64,000 bases of DNA from Eledone cirrhosa (GCA_964016885.1 OZ024751.1:53444001-53508000), one strand, 5' to 3'; numbered from the stretch's first letter, positions 43,042 to 57,086 are shown. The notes: generated by a model from the letters alone, not told the origin. Program-made: numbers and translations.

Positions 43042-44056
43042 AAGGTAGAAAGATGGGTATATTTTTAAAAGAAGTGTATATATATATATATGTGCCTTTG
43101 AGAAAAAGATTCTAAATTGATAAAGAATTGAATATTAGCTGTATACTTTGTGAAATGTTTTTCTACCTTATTTCAAAGGTTATTATACATTCTATAATAC
43201 TTGTTACTCATTCTACATCGCTCCTATTTATCACTTCCCTTTCTTCTCTTCTTCTTTTACTGTCTAACCCCTAATCTGTACCTTTCCTCACTCTTGCCTA
43301 AGATAGAATCAATTATTACATAATACAATACATTCTTACTCTATATCACCTTGTAAAAATCCTTCGTAAACATATACATTTTTTTGACGTTAGATTATTC
43401 ATCCTCAATTCATTATTCTTTTCTCCCTTTCATCTAACTCATTCATGCTCATCTCACAATATTTCCTTACTTAAATAACCTGTTGTTCCTTTTAATAAAA
43501 CATATCAACATTTTCTTAACATCGCACATATTATTAAACCCTTAAATATTATTCTCAATACATATTAACATTTCCTTTTTCAACGCACATATTATCAGAC
43601 CCCTCAATATACAAACCTTAACTTTACATTATTTTTCTCTTCGTTAATTTTCAAATTCTTTTAATTTATACATTATCTTCCAACGGTTTTCAACCTCTCT
43701 ATGTAAAACAATACATCTTTCTCAGTTATAAAAGATATCTCTCTCTCTCTATCACCCATCTCTCCTCCTATCTCATCCTTCCTCATTATACTCCTCCCTC
43801 TCCACTTTTTACTCTCATCTCCTCCTCTTTTTCATCTTTTCCCCTTCCCTCTAAATAAAATATTTTTCCCAATATCACACATCAATCTAAAACTACTTCT
43901 CATATGTTGATTTAAAACTGAACTATCCACAAGTGTTTTTTAACCTTCATATCATGTCTTCCTGTTTTATCTGATAAAAACACAAATATTATTGCATGAT
44001 GATATTTGTTTTTGAAATGCGCATAATAAAATACATGGAACTCTTTTAACCATCTT

Positions 44057-46012
<1,956 letters not shown>

Positions 46013-46984
46013 TATAGTGGACAGCTTCCGTTACCTGGGTGACAAAATCAGCAGTGGGGGAGGGTGCTCTGAAAGTACAGTAGCTAGAGTCAGAACTGGA
46101 TAGAAAAAGTTCAGAGAGCTTATACCACTATTAGCCGCTAAAGGGTTCTCCCTAAAAATGAAAGGCAGGCTGTATGATGCCTGCATACGAACCGCAATGT
46201 TGCATGGCAGTTAGACCTGGGCATTGTGTGCAGAGGATATACGCAGACTAGAGAGGAACGAAGCTTGCATGCTTCGCTGGATGTGTAATAGTAATATACG
46301 TGAACGGCAAAGCATAAACGAACTAAGGAAAAAATTAGAAATAAGAGGGATCAGATGTTGTTTACTCGAGAGAAGGCTACGTTGGTATGGTCACGTGATG
46401 CGCATGAAAGATGATAGCTGTATAACAAAGTGCAGGGCAATAAAGATAGACGGTAGCCACGGAGTAGGCAGACCCAGAAAAACCTGGGACGAGCTGATAA
46501 ATTCCGACTTCACACACTTACACCTCTCCAAGACAATGTCACTGGACCGAGACCTTTGGCGGTACTCAGTAATAGAGAAGACCCGCCTTACCTAAATACA
46601 AAGTAAAACCTACTACAGACAGTAGGCATCTCTAAAAAAATACACCACCCCCACCCCATCCACACCGCCCCTTTCAATGTAAAGTTATGTTGGTGCCACA
46701 ACATCCAGGCCGAAACAAATGAGATCGTGTAGGTGTCACGACAAAAAAACACACAGTCCACGCTGTAATGTGGCCGTGTAGGCAACACGGTAAAAACCTC
46801 CCAGCCCCACACTGTAAATGTGGTTGGTGTTAGGAAGGGCATCCAGCTGTAGAAAACCCGCCAGACAGTCCTATGCGAGCAAGACAATCACTCTTGCCTC
46901 AAGTGGGAAAACCCCCGTCCAAACCCATGCAAGCGTGGAACAAGGATGTTAAACGTTGATGATGATGATGATGATGATGATGAT
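46013..46984 (+). mobile_element. RTE LINE 3' fragment (C-terminal ORF with in-frame stops, 3' UTR, (GAT)n tail)
   Basis: [26 protein letters not shown]; near-identical to 56117-57086. Confidence 0.93.
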
Positions 46985-47225
46985 TTATATATATATATAT
47001 ATGTATATATATATAATATAAGTATGTACACGTACATACATATATGTATACCGACGTACAGTAGTATGTATATATATATATACATACATGCACACATATA
47101 TATATGCACGTATGGATTCACCGAACATTTATTATAATGCTCGGTGTGTTTGTAAACAAACATCCCGTATTAAGCCGTAGTGTCTAGCAACCACCGTTGC
47201 TCGTTTGTTCAACACTGACAAAGGA

Positions 47226-47268
47226 ACGCTGTACTAGTTTCAAGCTTGTTAGCTATCGTCAGCAACGT
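47226..47268 (-). ncRNA. Type I hammerhead ribozyme
   Basis: ACGUUG CUGACGA UAGCU-AACA-AGCUU GAAA CUAG UA^ CAGCGU. Confidence 0.85.
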
Positions 47269-47643
47269 ATACCTTCTTGCCAGATTGTTGAACGTATATA
47301 CTTACCTTATGCATATTAACGGCTGAGTAGCCCAATTTGCATATCGAGTGGGTTAATCGGCCGGGTGCACCGAAAACGATAAACGGAAAAAATGAAACGA
47401 TATTTCATTTCCCACTCTTAGTACGGCTGTTACTTAAATATAAGTATGTACACGTACATATATGTATACCGACGTACAGTAGTATGTATATATATATATA
47501 CATACATGCACACATATATATATGCACGTATGGATTCAACGAACATTTATTATAATGCTCGGTGTGTTTGTAAACAAACATCCCGTATTAAGCCGTAGTG
47601 TCTAGCAACCACCGTTGCTCGTTTGTTCAACACTGACAAAGGA

Positions 47644-47686
47644 ACGCTGTACTAGTTTCAAGCTTGTTAGCTATCGACAGCAACGT
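47644..47686 (-). ncRNA. Hammerhead with core mutation CUGUCGA (likely inactive)
   Basis: A at 47677 on the + strand changes A6 to U in the CUGANGA box. Confidence 0.75.
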
Positions 47687-47803
47687 ATACCTTCTTGCCA
47701 GATTGTTGAACGTATATACTTACCTTATGCATATTAACGGCCGTTAATATGCATAATATGCATAAGGTAAGTATATACGTTCAACAATCTGGCAAGAAGG
47801 TAT

Positions 47804-47846
47804 ACGTTGCTGACGATAGCTAACAAGCTTGAAACTAGTACAGCGT
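47804..47846 (+). ncRNA. Type I hammerhead ribozyme
   Basis: Same motif; predicted cleavage 47840/47841. Confidence 0.87.
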
Positions 47847-48225
47847 TCCTTTTTCAGTGTTGAACAAACGAGCAACGGTGGTTGCTAGACACTACGGCTT
47901 AATACGGGATGTTTGTTTACAAACACACCGAGCATTATAATAAATGTTCGGTGAATCCATACGTGCATATATATATGTGTGCATGTATGTATATATATAT
48001 ATACATACTACTGTACGTCGGTATACATATATGTATGTACGTGTACATACTTATATTTAAGTAACAGCCGTACTAAGAGTGGGAAATGAAATATCGTTTC
48101 ATTTTTTCCGTTTATCGTTTTCGGTGCACCCGGCCGATTAACCCACTCGATATGCAAATTGGGCTACTCAGCCGTTAATATGCATAAGGTAAGTATATAC
48201 GTTCAACAATCTGGCAAGAAGGTAT

Positions 48226-48268
48226 ACGTTGCTGACGATAGCTAACAAGCTTGAAACTAGTACAGCGT
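48226..48268 (+). ncRNA. Type I hammerhead ribozyme
   Basis: Same motif; predicted cleavage 48262/48263. Confidence 0.87.
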
Positions 48269-48647
48269 TCCTTTGTCAGTGTTGAACAAACGAGCAACGG
48301 TGGTTGCTAGACACTACGGCTTAATACGGGATGTTTGTTTACAAACACACCGAGCATTATAATAAATGTTCGGTGAATCCATACGTGCATATATATATGT
48401 GTGCATGTATGTATATATATATATACATACTACTGTACGTCGGTATACATATATCTATGTACGTGTACATACTTATATTTAAGTAACAGCCGTACTAAGA
48501 GTGGGAAATGAAATATCGTTTCATTTTTTCCGTTTATCGTTTTCGGTGCACCCGGCCGATTAACCCACTCGATATGCAAATTGGGCTACTCAGCCGTTAA
48601 TATGCATAAGGTAAGTATATACGTTCAACAATCTGGCAAGAAGGTAT

Positions 48648-48690
48648 ACGTTGCTGACGATAGCTAACAAGCTTGAAACTAGTACAGCGT
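48648..48690 (+). ncRNA. Type I hammerhead ribozyme
   Basis: Same motif; predicted cleavage 48684/48685. Confidence 0.87.
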
Positions 48691-49069
48691 TCCTTTGTCA
48701 TTGTTGAACAAACGAGCAACGGTGGTTGCTAGGCACTACGGCTTAATACGGGATGTTTGTTTACAAACACACCGAGCATTATAATAAATGTTCGGTGAAT
48801 CCATACGTGCATATATATATGTGTGCATGTATGTATATATATATATACATACTACTGTACGTCGGTATACATATATGTATGTACGTGTACATACTTATAT
48901 TTAAGTAACAGCCGTACTAAGAGTGGGAAATAAAATATCGTTTCATTTTTTCCGTTTATCGTTTTCGGTGCACCCGGCCGATTAACCCACTCGATATGCA
49001 AATTGGGCTACTCAGCCGTTAATATGCATAAGGTAAGTATATACGTTCAACAATCTGGCAAGAAGGTAT

Positions 49070-49112
49070 ACGTTGCTGACGATAGCTAACAAGCTTGAAA
49101 CTAGTACAGCGT
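49070..49112 (+). ncRNA. Type I hammerhead ribozyme
   Basis: Same motif; predicted cleavage 49106/49107. Confidence 0.87.
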
Positions 49113-49376
49113 TCCTTTGTCAGTGTTGAACAAACGAGCAACGGTGGTTGCTAGACACTACGGCTTAATACGGGATGTTTGTTTACAAACACACCGAGCA
49201 TTATAATAAATGTTCGGTGAATCCATACGTGCATATATATATGTGTGCATGTATGTATATATATATATACATACTACTGTACGTCGGTATACATATATGT
49301 ATGTACGTGTACATACTTATATTTAAGTAACAGCCGTACTAAGAGTGGGAAATGAAATATCGTTTCATTTTTTCCG

Positions 49377-49411
<35 letters not shown>

Positions 49412-49452
49412 GTATATATATATGTATATATATATGTATATATATATATATG

Positions 49453-49499
<47 letters not shown>

Positions 49500-49504
49500 G
49501 TATT

Positions 49505-49536
<32 letters not shown>

Positions 49537-49558
49537 TGTATTTATATATATACATATG

Positions 49559-49605
<47 letters not shown>

Positions 49606-49660
49606 CGAGAGAGAGAGAGAGAATTCACAGGAATCAAAGTTATGTTCAAACCATTTATTA

Positions 49661-49705
49661 GCTTACAATTGTTTCATCCAAACCGAGGCTTGGAGTCTTC
49701 GGAGC
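49661..49705 (-). ncRNA. Minimal hammerhead variant (core CCGAAGA) followed by AATAAA
   Basis: GCU CCGAAGA C-UCCAAGC-CUCG-GUUUGGA-U GAAA CAAUUG UA^ AGC-U-AAUAAA; helix III is the perfect palindrome ACAAUUGU. Confidence 0.65.
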
Positions 49706-49965
49706 ATTTTTCAATGTTTGTATACATACATGACCTCCTTTCCAACGCAAGAGACTTACAGATACATATGTATATATTGATGCACAGTGGGGTGACATAT
49801 ATTATATTATGTCTGAATGGCAATTTAAATTCAAAAATTAAAATCATATTAAAACAGAATCAAAGCAAAATTAAAATTAAAATACAACATTGGCAGTTAA
49901 CGTAGATAATGCAAGAGGATAGTTTGTTAGTCAGTTGTAGTAGTTATTGTATGCATTAGTTACAC

Positions 49966-50313
49966 GTGGGGCATGCACGTGTATCTTATTTATATATGGT
50001 TATTGTGCGGCAGGGTGTTATATGCAATACAAGCTCTTTAAGTGGGTAATCAAGAGTATTGTAGAGGTTGTAGTGGTAATGTATTTTTTGTGTATGATAA
50101 AGAAGCTTGTGTGTAGAGAAATAGTATAAATGAGAAGTTTGCTTCTCATTTATACTATTTCTCTACACACAAGCTTCTTTATCATACACAAAAAATACAT
50201 TACCACTACAACCTCCATAATACTCTTGATTACCCACTTAAAGTGCTTGTATTGCATATAACACCCTGCCGCACAATAATCATATATAAATAAGACACAC
50301 GTGCATGCCCCAC
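49966..50313. repeat. Long fold-back inverted repeat with 172-bp arms and a 4-nt loop
   Basis: 49966-50137 versus 50142-50313, with about 5 mismatches. Confidence 0.95.
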
Positions 50314-50524
50314 CTTGCAAGCAGGGAAAAGCAGACCCAAAATGATGATGATGATTGGATGAATGAATGTATGTATATGTGTGTGTGTGTATGTATGTAT
50401 TTATATATGTATGTATGTATATAATTTATATATGTATGTATATGTATATATATATGTATGTATGAATATATTTATACATGTATGTATATATAAACACTTC
50501 CAATCTCTCTCCCTTCTCTATTTG

Positions 50525-51375
50525 ATTGATATTTAGCTGCTATTTCTAGCATTTTCTATAGCAGAAGAGGCACTGACTTGTGGATAATTTGGTTGCTAAT
50601 TCTAGCATTATACAAGATAACAAACAGGTCATGTGGTTTAAGAGTGTTCGCTACTACATCAAGCGTAAGGTAGTCATTTTGTTTGGGCGGCTGATGCACC
50701 TTTCAACACGATAGTACTGGCTGCTAGATTGAACGGTCTATCCACTGGCTATCACGTTGAACGGTAGTACTGACTGGGTAGTTGAACGTTTCGTGAACTG
50801 GATGAGAGGCTGGCTGGGTGGTTGGTGAATGACCAGCTGGCTAGTTAGCCGGTTATTAAAATGATTATCAAGGGGAACTAACTCATTGAAAATTATTTTT
50901 ATGAGTTATTTCCCATTGCTTATAAATTTCTTTTATTATTTTTGCTCCCCCTCCCCCCCCATTTTATTTTTTCAATGACTTTCTTAATATAGCATGTTTT
51001 TAATTGAAATTTTGGACAGATACGTATTTAAATAGATTACGATTCTTGAGTTGATATTGGAATATAAATTTATGGGGAATTTTAACAATCAGTATATATG
51101 TTTACTCGTAGATTTGGCTGCTCTTTCTAACATTTTCTGACACAACCGTTATAACTTGAAGGAAATTTCGTTCTTATTTAAAATGTCACCAGGAAACGTT
51201 ATTTGACTGCTGTTTCTAGCATTTTACATGACACCGGATTTGTAATTTGAGGAAAGTTTTAGCTGCTATTTCTAGCAAGTTCTACAGCTGTGGGAGGTTC
51301 AGCTGCAATGTTTAGCATTTTCTCATCAAGAGTTGATGATTTGGGGGGAATTTTGCTGCAATTTCTAACGTTTTA
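50525..51375 (+). repeat. Dispersed repeat with a recurrent ATTT(A/G)GCTGCTATTTCTAGCA motif
   Basis: Motif variants near 50531, 50588, 51112, 51201, 51258 and 51350. Confidence 0.6.
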
Positions 51376-51450
51376 TGTGCTGAAAAGGACCCATCCCACC
51401 CTTGCAAGCAAGGAAAAACAGACGTAAAATGATGATGATGTTTGTATGTA

Positions 51451-51492
<42 letters not shown>

Positions 51493-51699
51493 GAAAAATT
51501 GAACAGGGACAGAACAGAGAGGCAGTACAATAAATGTTTATTAAATTCACGCTCAGGAGAGTGGTGGGTAGGTGGATATACACACACACAAGGTGTCCCA
51601 AAGAAATGTATACACACTTTTATTACCTGTAGATGCAATATTTATTAGAATGTACTTTCCGAAAATTAAAATGATCTTCCTCCACTTCTTCCTGAACTG

Positions 51700-52135
51700 A
51701 TTTCAGGATAGAAACAGATGAAGAATTAGAACTCAATAGGCCTGACCTTGCGGGTTTTAACAAGGAAAAAAGATCTTCTTTGATTATAGATGTAACTTGC
51801 TCCTTTGACACAAGAGTGTATAAAGAGAAGGAGAAACATTAACCAGTACGAGGATCTAAAGTGGGAACTGAAAAGGATTTGGGACTGTCATGAGATCAAA
51901 GTCATTGTCATAGGAGTAGGAGGTACTATCTCAAAGAGTTTCCAAGGCTGGCTAAAAAACATTAACCCAGCCCTTTTTTGGAACACTTCAGAAGGCATGC
52001 CTACTGGGAACAGCAAGGACCCTCCGATACACCCTGAATAACTGAGGTAGCAGGTAGCAGCTTGATGTTCATTTTCCAGTTAATTAACATCAATGACTGA
52101 GATATAAATTAATATGATAATGATCATAATAATTT
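51700..52135 (+). mobile_element. Degenerate 3' end of an RLE-type LINE (R4/Dong/NeSL-like)
   Basis: NRPDL..FNKEK.S.LIIDVTC.FD, YEDLKWELKRIW, VIGVGG and LQKACLLGTAR across frames, followed by an AAT-rich tail. Confidence 0.7.
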
Positions 52136-52225
52136 GTCATTATTATTATTAGTACTTATTATTATTATTATTAGTACTTATTATTATTATTATTAGTACT
52201 TATTATTAGTACTTATTATTATTAG

Positions 52226-53415
52226 TAAAGGGCGGTGGATTGGCAGTATCAGTAGAGGGTCGGACACCATGCTTTCCAGCATAATTACGTCCCTTTATGA
52301 TCTGAGTTCAAATCCTGCCGAGGTTAACTTTGCCTTTCATCCTTACGGGGTCGATAAAATAAAGTACCAGTAATGTACTGGGTTATTGTTGGCCTTGTGC
52401 CAAAAGTAGAAACAATTATTACTATTAGTACTATTAGTATTATTATTATTATCATTATTAGGAAGGTGGATTGGCAGTATCGGTAGAGAGTCAGATGCTA
52501 TGCTTTGCAGCATAGAGTTACGGCCCTTTATGATCTGAGTTCAAATCCCGCCGAGGTTAACTTTGCCTTTCATCCTTACGGGGTCGATAAAATAAAGTAC
52601 CAGTAATGTACTGGGTTATTGCTGGCCTTGTGCCAAAAGTAGAAACAATTATTACTATTAGTACTATTAGTATTATTATTATTATCATTTTGTTTTTTAT
52701 TATCATTTTGTTTTTTACACGCAGAAATGCCCATTTGTACCGTCCTGCATTGTCCTGCACTGTCCTTAATGTCTACTTTATGTAAACCCTTGAGGTTAAT
52801 AAAGAAATCATTATTAGGAAGGTGGATTGGCAGTATCGGTAGAGAGTCAGATGCTATGCTTTGCAGCATAGAGTTACGGCCCTTTATAATCTGAGTTCAT
52901 ATCCCGCTGAGGTTAACTTTGCCTTTCATCCTTATGAGGTCGATAAAGTAAAGTACCAGTAATGCACTGGGGTCGATTTAATCGACTTTCCCCGCCCCCA
53001 AAATTGCTGGCCTATATAAGAAACCATTGGCAGTATCGGTAAGGGTCGGACGCCATGCTTTGAAGCATAGAGTTACCTCCCTTTATGATCTGAGTTCAAA
53101 TCCCGCCGAGGTTAACTTTGCCTTTCATCCTTACGGGGGTCGATAAAATAAAGTACCAGTAATGCACTGGGTAATTGCTGGCCTTGTGCCAAAAGTAGAA
53201 ACAATTATTATTATTATCATTATTAGGAAGGTGGATTGGCAGTATCAGTAGAGAGTCAGACACCATGCTTTGCAGCAAGGAGTTACGGCCCTTTATAGTC
53301 TGAGTTCAAATCTCGCCGAGGTTAACTTTGCCTTTCATGCTTACGGGGTCGATAAAATAAAGTACCAGTAATACACTGGGATAATTGCTGGCCTTGTGCC
53401 AAAAGTAGAAACAAT
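52226..53415 (+). mobile_element. Five tandem copies of a tRNA-derived SINE separated by (ATT)n tails
   Basis: Repeated TGGCAGTATCGGTAG (A-box-like) and GAGTTCAAATCC (B-box), then AACTTTGCCTTTCATCCTTACGGGGTCGATAAAATAAAGTACCAG...GGCCTTGTGCCAAAAGTAGAAAC. Confidence 0.85.
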
Positions 53416-53790
53416 TATTAATACTATATTAGTAGTAGCAGCAGTAGCAGTAGTAGTAGCAGTAGTATTTCAGTAGTATTTCATTTGATCTTATTTACAT
53501 CATCGTTATCATTTGTTCATTGTCCAATCTTCTATTTCCATTGTCCTACTTTACATTATTTTCATCTTGTTTTCTTCTGGTATCTGAAATATTTGGGGAA
53601 AATAACAACAACAACACCAATAACTGCAAGGACAAAAACAAAGAAGAAGAAATAACCAAAATAAATGGGAGGGGGACATTTTCTTCTTATTCAATAAAGA
53701 AGGTGGAGAAAGTGATTGGCATGTTGACTGCAATATGTACAATGATATACAAGCACTTGTATATATACACACACACATACAGACACACAC

Positions 53791-53825
<35 letters not shown>

Positions 53826-53870
53826 CATATTTATATATACACACACATATATATATACATATTTATATAT

Positions 53871-53921
<51 letters not shown>

Positions 53922-53942
53922 CACATATAAACATATATATAT

Positions 53943-54007
<65 letters not shown>

Positions 54008-54034
54008 CACATATATGTACATATGTATATATAA

Positions 54035-54088
<54 letters not shown>

Positions 54089-54409
54089 CAATAGAAGTGT
54101 GTTTACAGTTGGAAATGCAACTATATAACAATAGGTATTCAAATCAAACGTTTTCTGACTTAGAAAATCACCAGCAACAAAAATTATTCTTTTCTATCAT
54201 AACAACATCATGTCTTTTCATTTATAATGCTTTCTAATCTAAGTCCAAGGCCTGCAATTAACAGGAAGGGGCAAGCTGTTTATATCAACCCAGTATTTGA
54301 CTGGTACTTTAATTTATTAAGCACAGAAGGATGAAAAGCAAAGTTGACCTCGTCAGGATTTGATATCCAAATGCCTTGAGAAGCATCAAATGCTGCAAGT
54401 CATTTTTTC

Positions 54410-54800
54410 TAACACTCCAACAACTGGTCCTTTTCTTCCGATATCATTTCGGAAGAAGGATCAGGATGGAGAGAGAGGTGCTCCACCCCAGCCAGTTTTA
54501 TGAAAGGTGGGTGAAAGTGGCGAGAATGGCCCGTGTGAATGGGCCTTCTCTCTATATCAGCCTGTAGGTGAAAAAGATGGAAGAACAAGGGAGCTCCCTC
54601 TCTCTGTGCTCCTGAGGAGAAGGGTTGCACACATTTTCGGGGATGTGTGCGACCCCCCCCAAAACGCCTCCTCCCTATTGAGGACTTTATTGTTAATTTT
54701 ATATTTGTTATTTGTTTTTTTTACTCGTTCTTTTGTGTAAACTACCCCCTTTGTATTTGTCCCCTTCTTTTGCGTCCTCGTGGCAATAAATAGAAACAAC
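54410..54800 (+). mobile_element. Possible Tx1/L1-like LINE 3' end
   Basis: C-terminal peptide FFRYHFGRRIRMEREVL...FYERW, then a T-rich UTR and AATAAA near 54785. Resemblance only. Confidence 0.45.
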
Positions 54801-54980
54801 GCTAATGATTCTGCCAATCAATCCTACCCCATCTTCATTTGTCTTTTCAATTATAAACATCAAACATTTCTAGTAGGGAAAACAGAAGCTAAATGATGAC
54901 TATGATGTACATAGCTACATTCTAACTCTTCATTCAAACTTAAGTTCACTTCACCACTTTTAAGAGTCAAACCTATATAT

Positions 54981-55265
54981 CATCATCATCATTTTACGTC
55001 TGCTTTTCCCTGCTTGCAAGGGTGGGATGGGAACTGATTCTGGCTTGATTTCTACAGCTGGATGCCCTTCCTAACACCAACCTCATTTACAGTGAGTGCT
55101 GGGTGCTTTTTTTCCGTGGCACCTATCATCTCATTTCTACAGCTGAGTAAATTGGAGCAATGTGAAATAAAGTGTCTTGCTCAAGGAAACAACACATCAC
55201 CCGAGAATTGAACTCACAACCTTTCGATTGCAAGGCCAATGCTCTAACCACTAAGCCATGTGCCT
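54981..55265 (-). mobile_element. tRNA-derived CORE-like SINE with RTE-type (GAT)n tail
   Basis: Reverse complement of the 61590-61930 and 62202-62584 elements. Confidence 0.85.
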
Positions 55266-55344
55266 GAGAGAGAGAGAGAGAAACTCACAATAGTCCCTTA
55301 TAACCAAATTAGTGCAAGGAAAATAAATTTCAGAGCCTTATAAC

Positions 55345-55474
55345 ACAGTATAGAGAGACGAACACAGATATATATATATATATATGCATTCAAATCACCC
55401 TGGTGGATTCTGTGCCTTGTGATTTGAACGCATATATATATATATATATATCTGTGTTCATCTCTCTTTACTGT
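55345..55474. repeat. Small imperfect palindrome (MITE-like)
   Basis: ACAGTATAGAGAGACGAACACAGATATA...TGCATTCAAATCAC pairs with GTGATTTGAACGCA...TATATCTGTGTTCATCTCTCTTTACTGT. Confidence 0.7.
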
Positions 55475-55495
55475 TTTTTATATATATATATATAT

Positions 55496-57086
55496 CCTTC
55501 GACAGAGTCCCCCGTTCCATTATCTGGTGGGCTCTTAGAAAACTAGGTGTTGATGAATGGCTTGTGAGAGCTATACAAGCCATGTATAAAGAAACAGTCA
55601 GCAAGGTTAGAATTAACAACGAATAGAGTTTAGCGTAAAAGTTGGTGTTCATCAGGGCTCCGTTCTTAGCCCCTACTATTTATTATTGCCCTTCAGGCTA
55701 TAACAGTGGAGTTCAAGACCGGCTGCCCATGGGAACTCCTATACGCAGATGATCTAACGCTCATAGCTGAATCAATGGCCGAACTAGAGAAGAAATTCCA
55801 AACATGGAAGCATGGCCTAGAATCAAAAGGCCTTAAAATTAACCTGTCTAAGACTAAAGTTCTAGTTTGTAGGAAGGAAAATAGGGCACCGGTCCCATCC
55901 GAGAAATGGCCATACTCAGTGTGTAGGAAAGGAGTAGGTAGAAACTCCATTTTATGTCCCAAATGCAAAGTATGGGTGCATAAAAGATGTAGTGGGATCA
56001 CAGGTAAGCTAACTAAGAACATAGATTTTACATGTGGCCGGTGCTCTGGTGCAATAAGTAGCAGCAAATGCCCACAGAATACTAGCTCTTTCAATTGCAC
56101 AGAGGGTTCTATAGAAATAGTGGACAGCTTCCGTTACCTGGGTGACAAAATCAGCAGTGGGGGAGGGTGCTCTGAAAGTACAGTAGCTAGAGTCAGAACT
56201 GGATGGAAAAAGTTCAGAGAGCTTATACCACTATTAGCCGCTAAAGGGTTCTCCCTAAAAATGAAAGGCAGGCTGTATGATGCCTGCATACGAACAGCAA
56301 TGTTGCATGGCAGTGAGACCCGGGCATTGTGCGCAGAGGATATACGCAGACTAGAGAGGAACGAAGCTTGAATGCTCCGCTGGATGTGTAATAGTAATAT
56401 ACGTGAACGTCAAAGCGTTAACGAACTAAGGGAAAAATTAGAAATAAGAGGGATCAAATGTTGTTTACTCGAGAGAAGGCTACGTTGGTATGGTCACGTG
56501 ATGCGCATGAAAGACGACAGCTGTATAAAAAAGTGCATGGCAATAAAAATAGATGGTAGCCACGGAGTAGGCAGACCCAGAAAAACCTGGGATGACTTGA
56601 TAAATTCCAACCTAACACACTTACACCTCTCCAAGACAATGTCACTGGACCGAGATCTTTGGCGCTACACAGTAATAGAGAAGACCCGCCTTAACTAAAT
56701 ACAAAGTAAAACCTACTACAGTCAGTAGGCACCTCTAACAAAATACACCCCCGTCCCACTACCCCCACCCCATCCACACCGCCCCTTTCAATGTAAAGTT
56801 ATGTTGGTACCACAACATACAGGCCGAAACAAATGAGGTCGTGTAGGTGTCATGACAAAAATAACACACAGTCCACGCTGTAATGTGGCCGTGTAGGTAA
56901 CACGGTAAAAACCTCCCAGTCTACATTGTAAATGTGGTTGGTGTTAGGAAGGGCATCCAGCCGTAGAAACCCCGCCAGACAGTCCTTTGCGAGCAAGACA
57001 ACCACTCTTGCCTCAAGTGGGAAAACTCCTGTCCAAACCCATGCAAGCATGGAAGATGGACGTTAAACGATGATGATGATGATGAT
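55496..57086 (+). mobile_element. RTE LINE, 5'-truncated with stops and frameshift; 3' UTR and (GAT)n tail
   Basis: LLYADDL, Cys-rich finger, FRYLG, RRLRWYGH; same family as 1-2057. Confidence 0.94.

Larger units (their letters stand above)
47015..49377. mobile_element. Retrozyme-like array: ~1.7 units on the minus strand, a palindromic junction at 47740/47741, and ~3.9 direct 422-bp units on the plus strand; each unit has a hammerhead
   Basis: Plus-strand hammerheads start at 47804, 48226, 48648 and 49070 (exact 422 spacing). Minus-strand copies lie at 47226 and 47644. There is no meaningful ORF. Confidence 0.88.

Noticed and set aside
43100-44050. Possible decayed RT (EGFLQGD-like on the minus strand)
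   Set aside because: Many stop codons and no other motifs.
47015-49377. CRISPR array or ordinary satellite interpretation
   Set aside because: There are no unique spacers and the context is eukaryotic; the conserved hammerhead core and covariation fit a retrozyme better.
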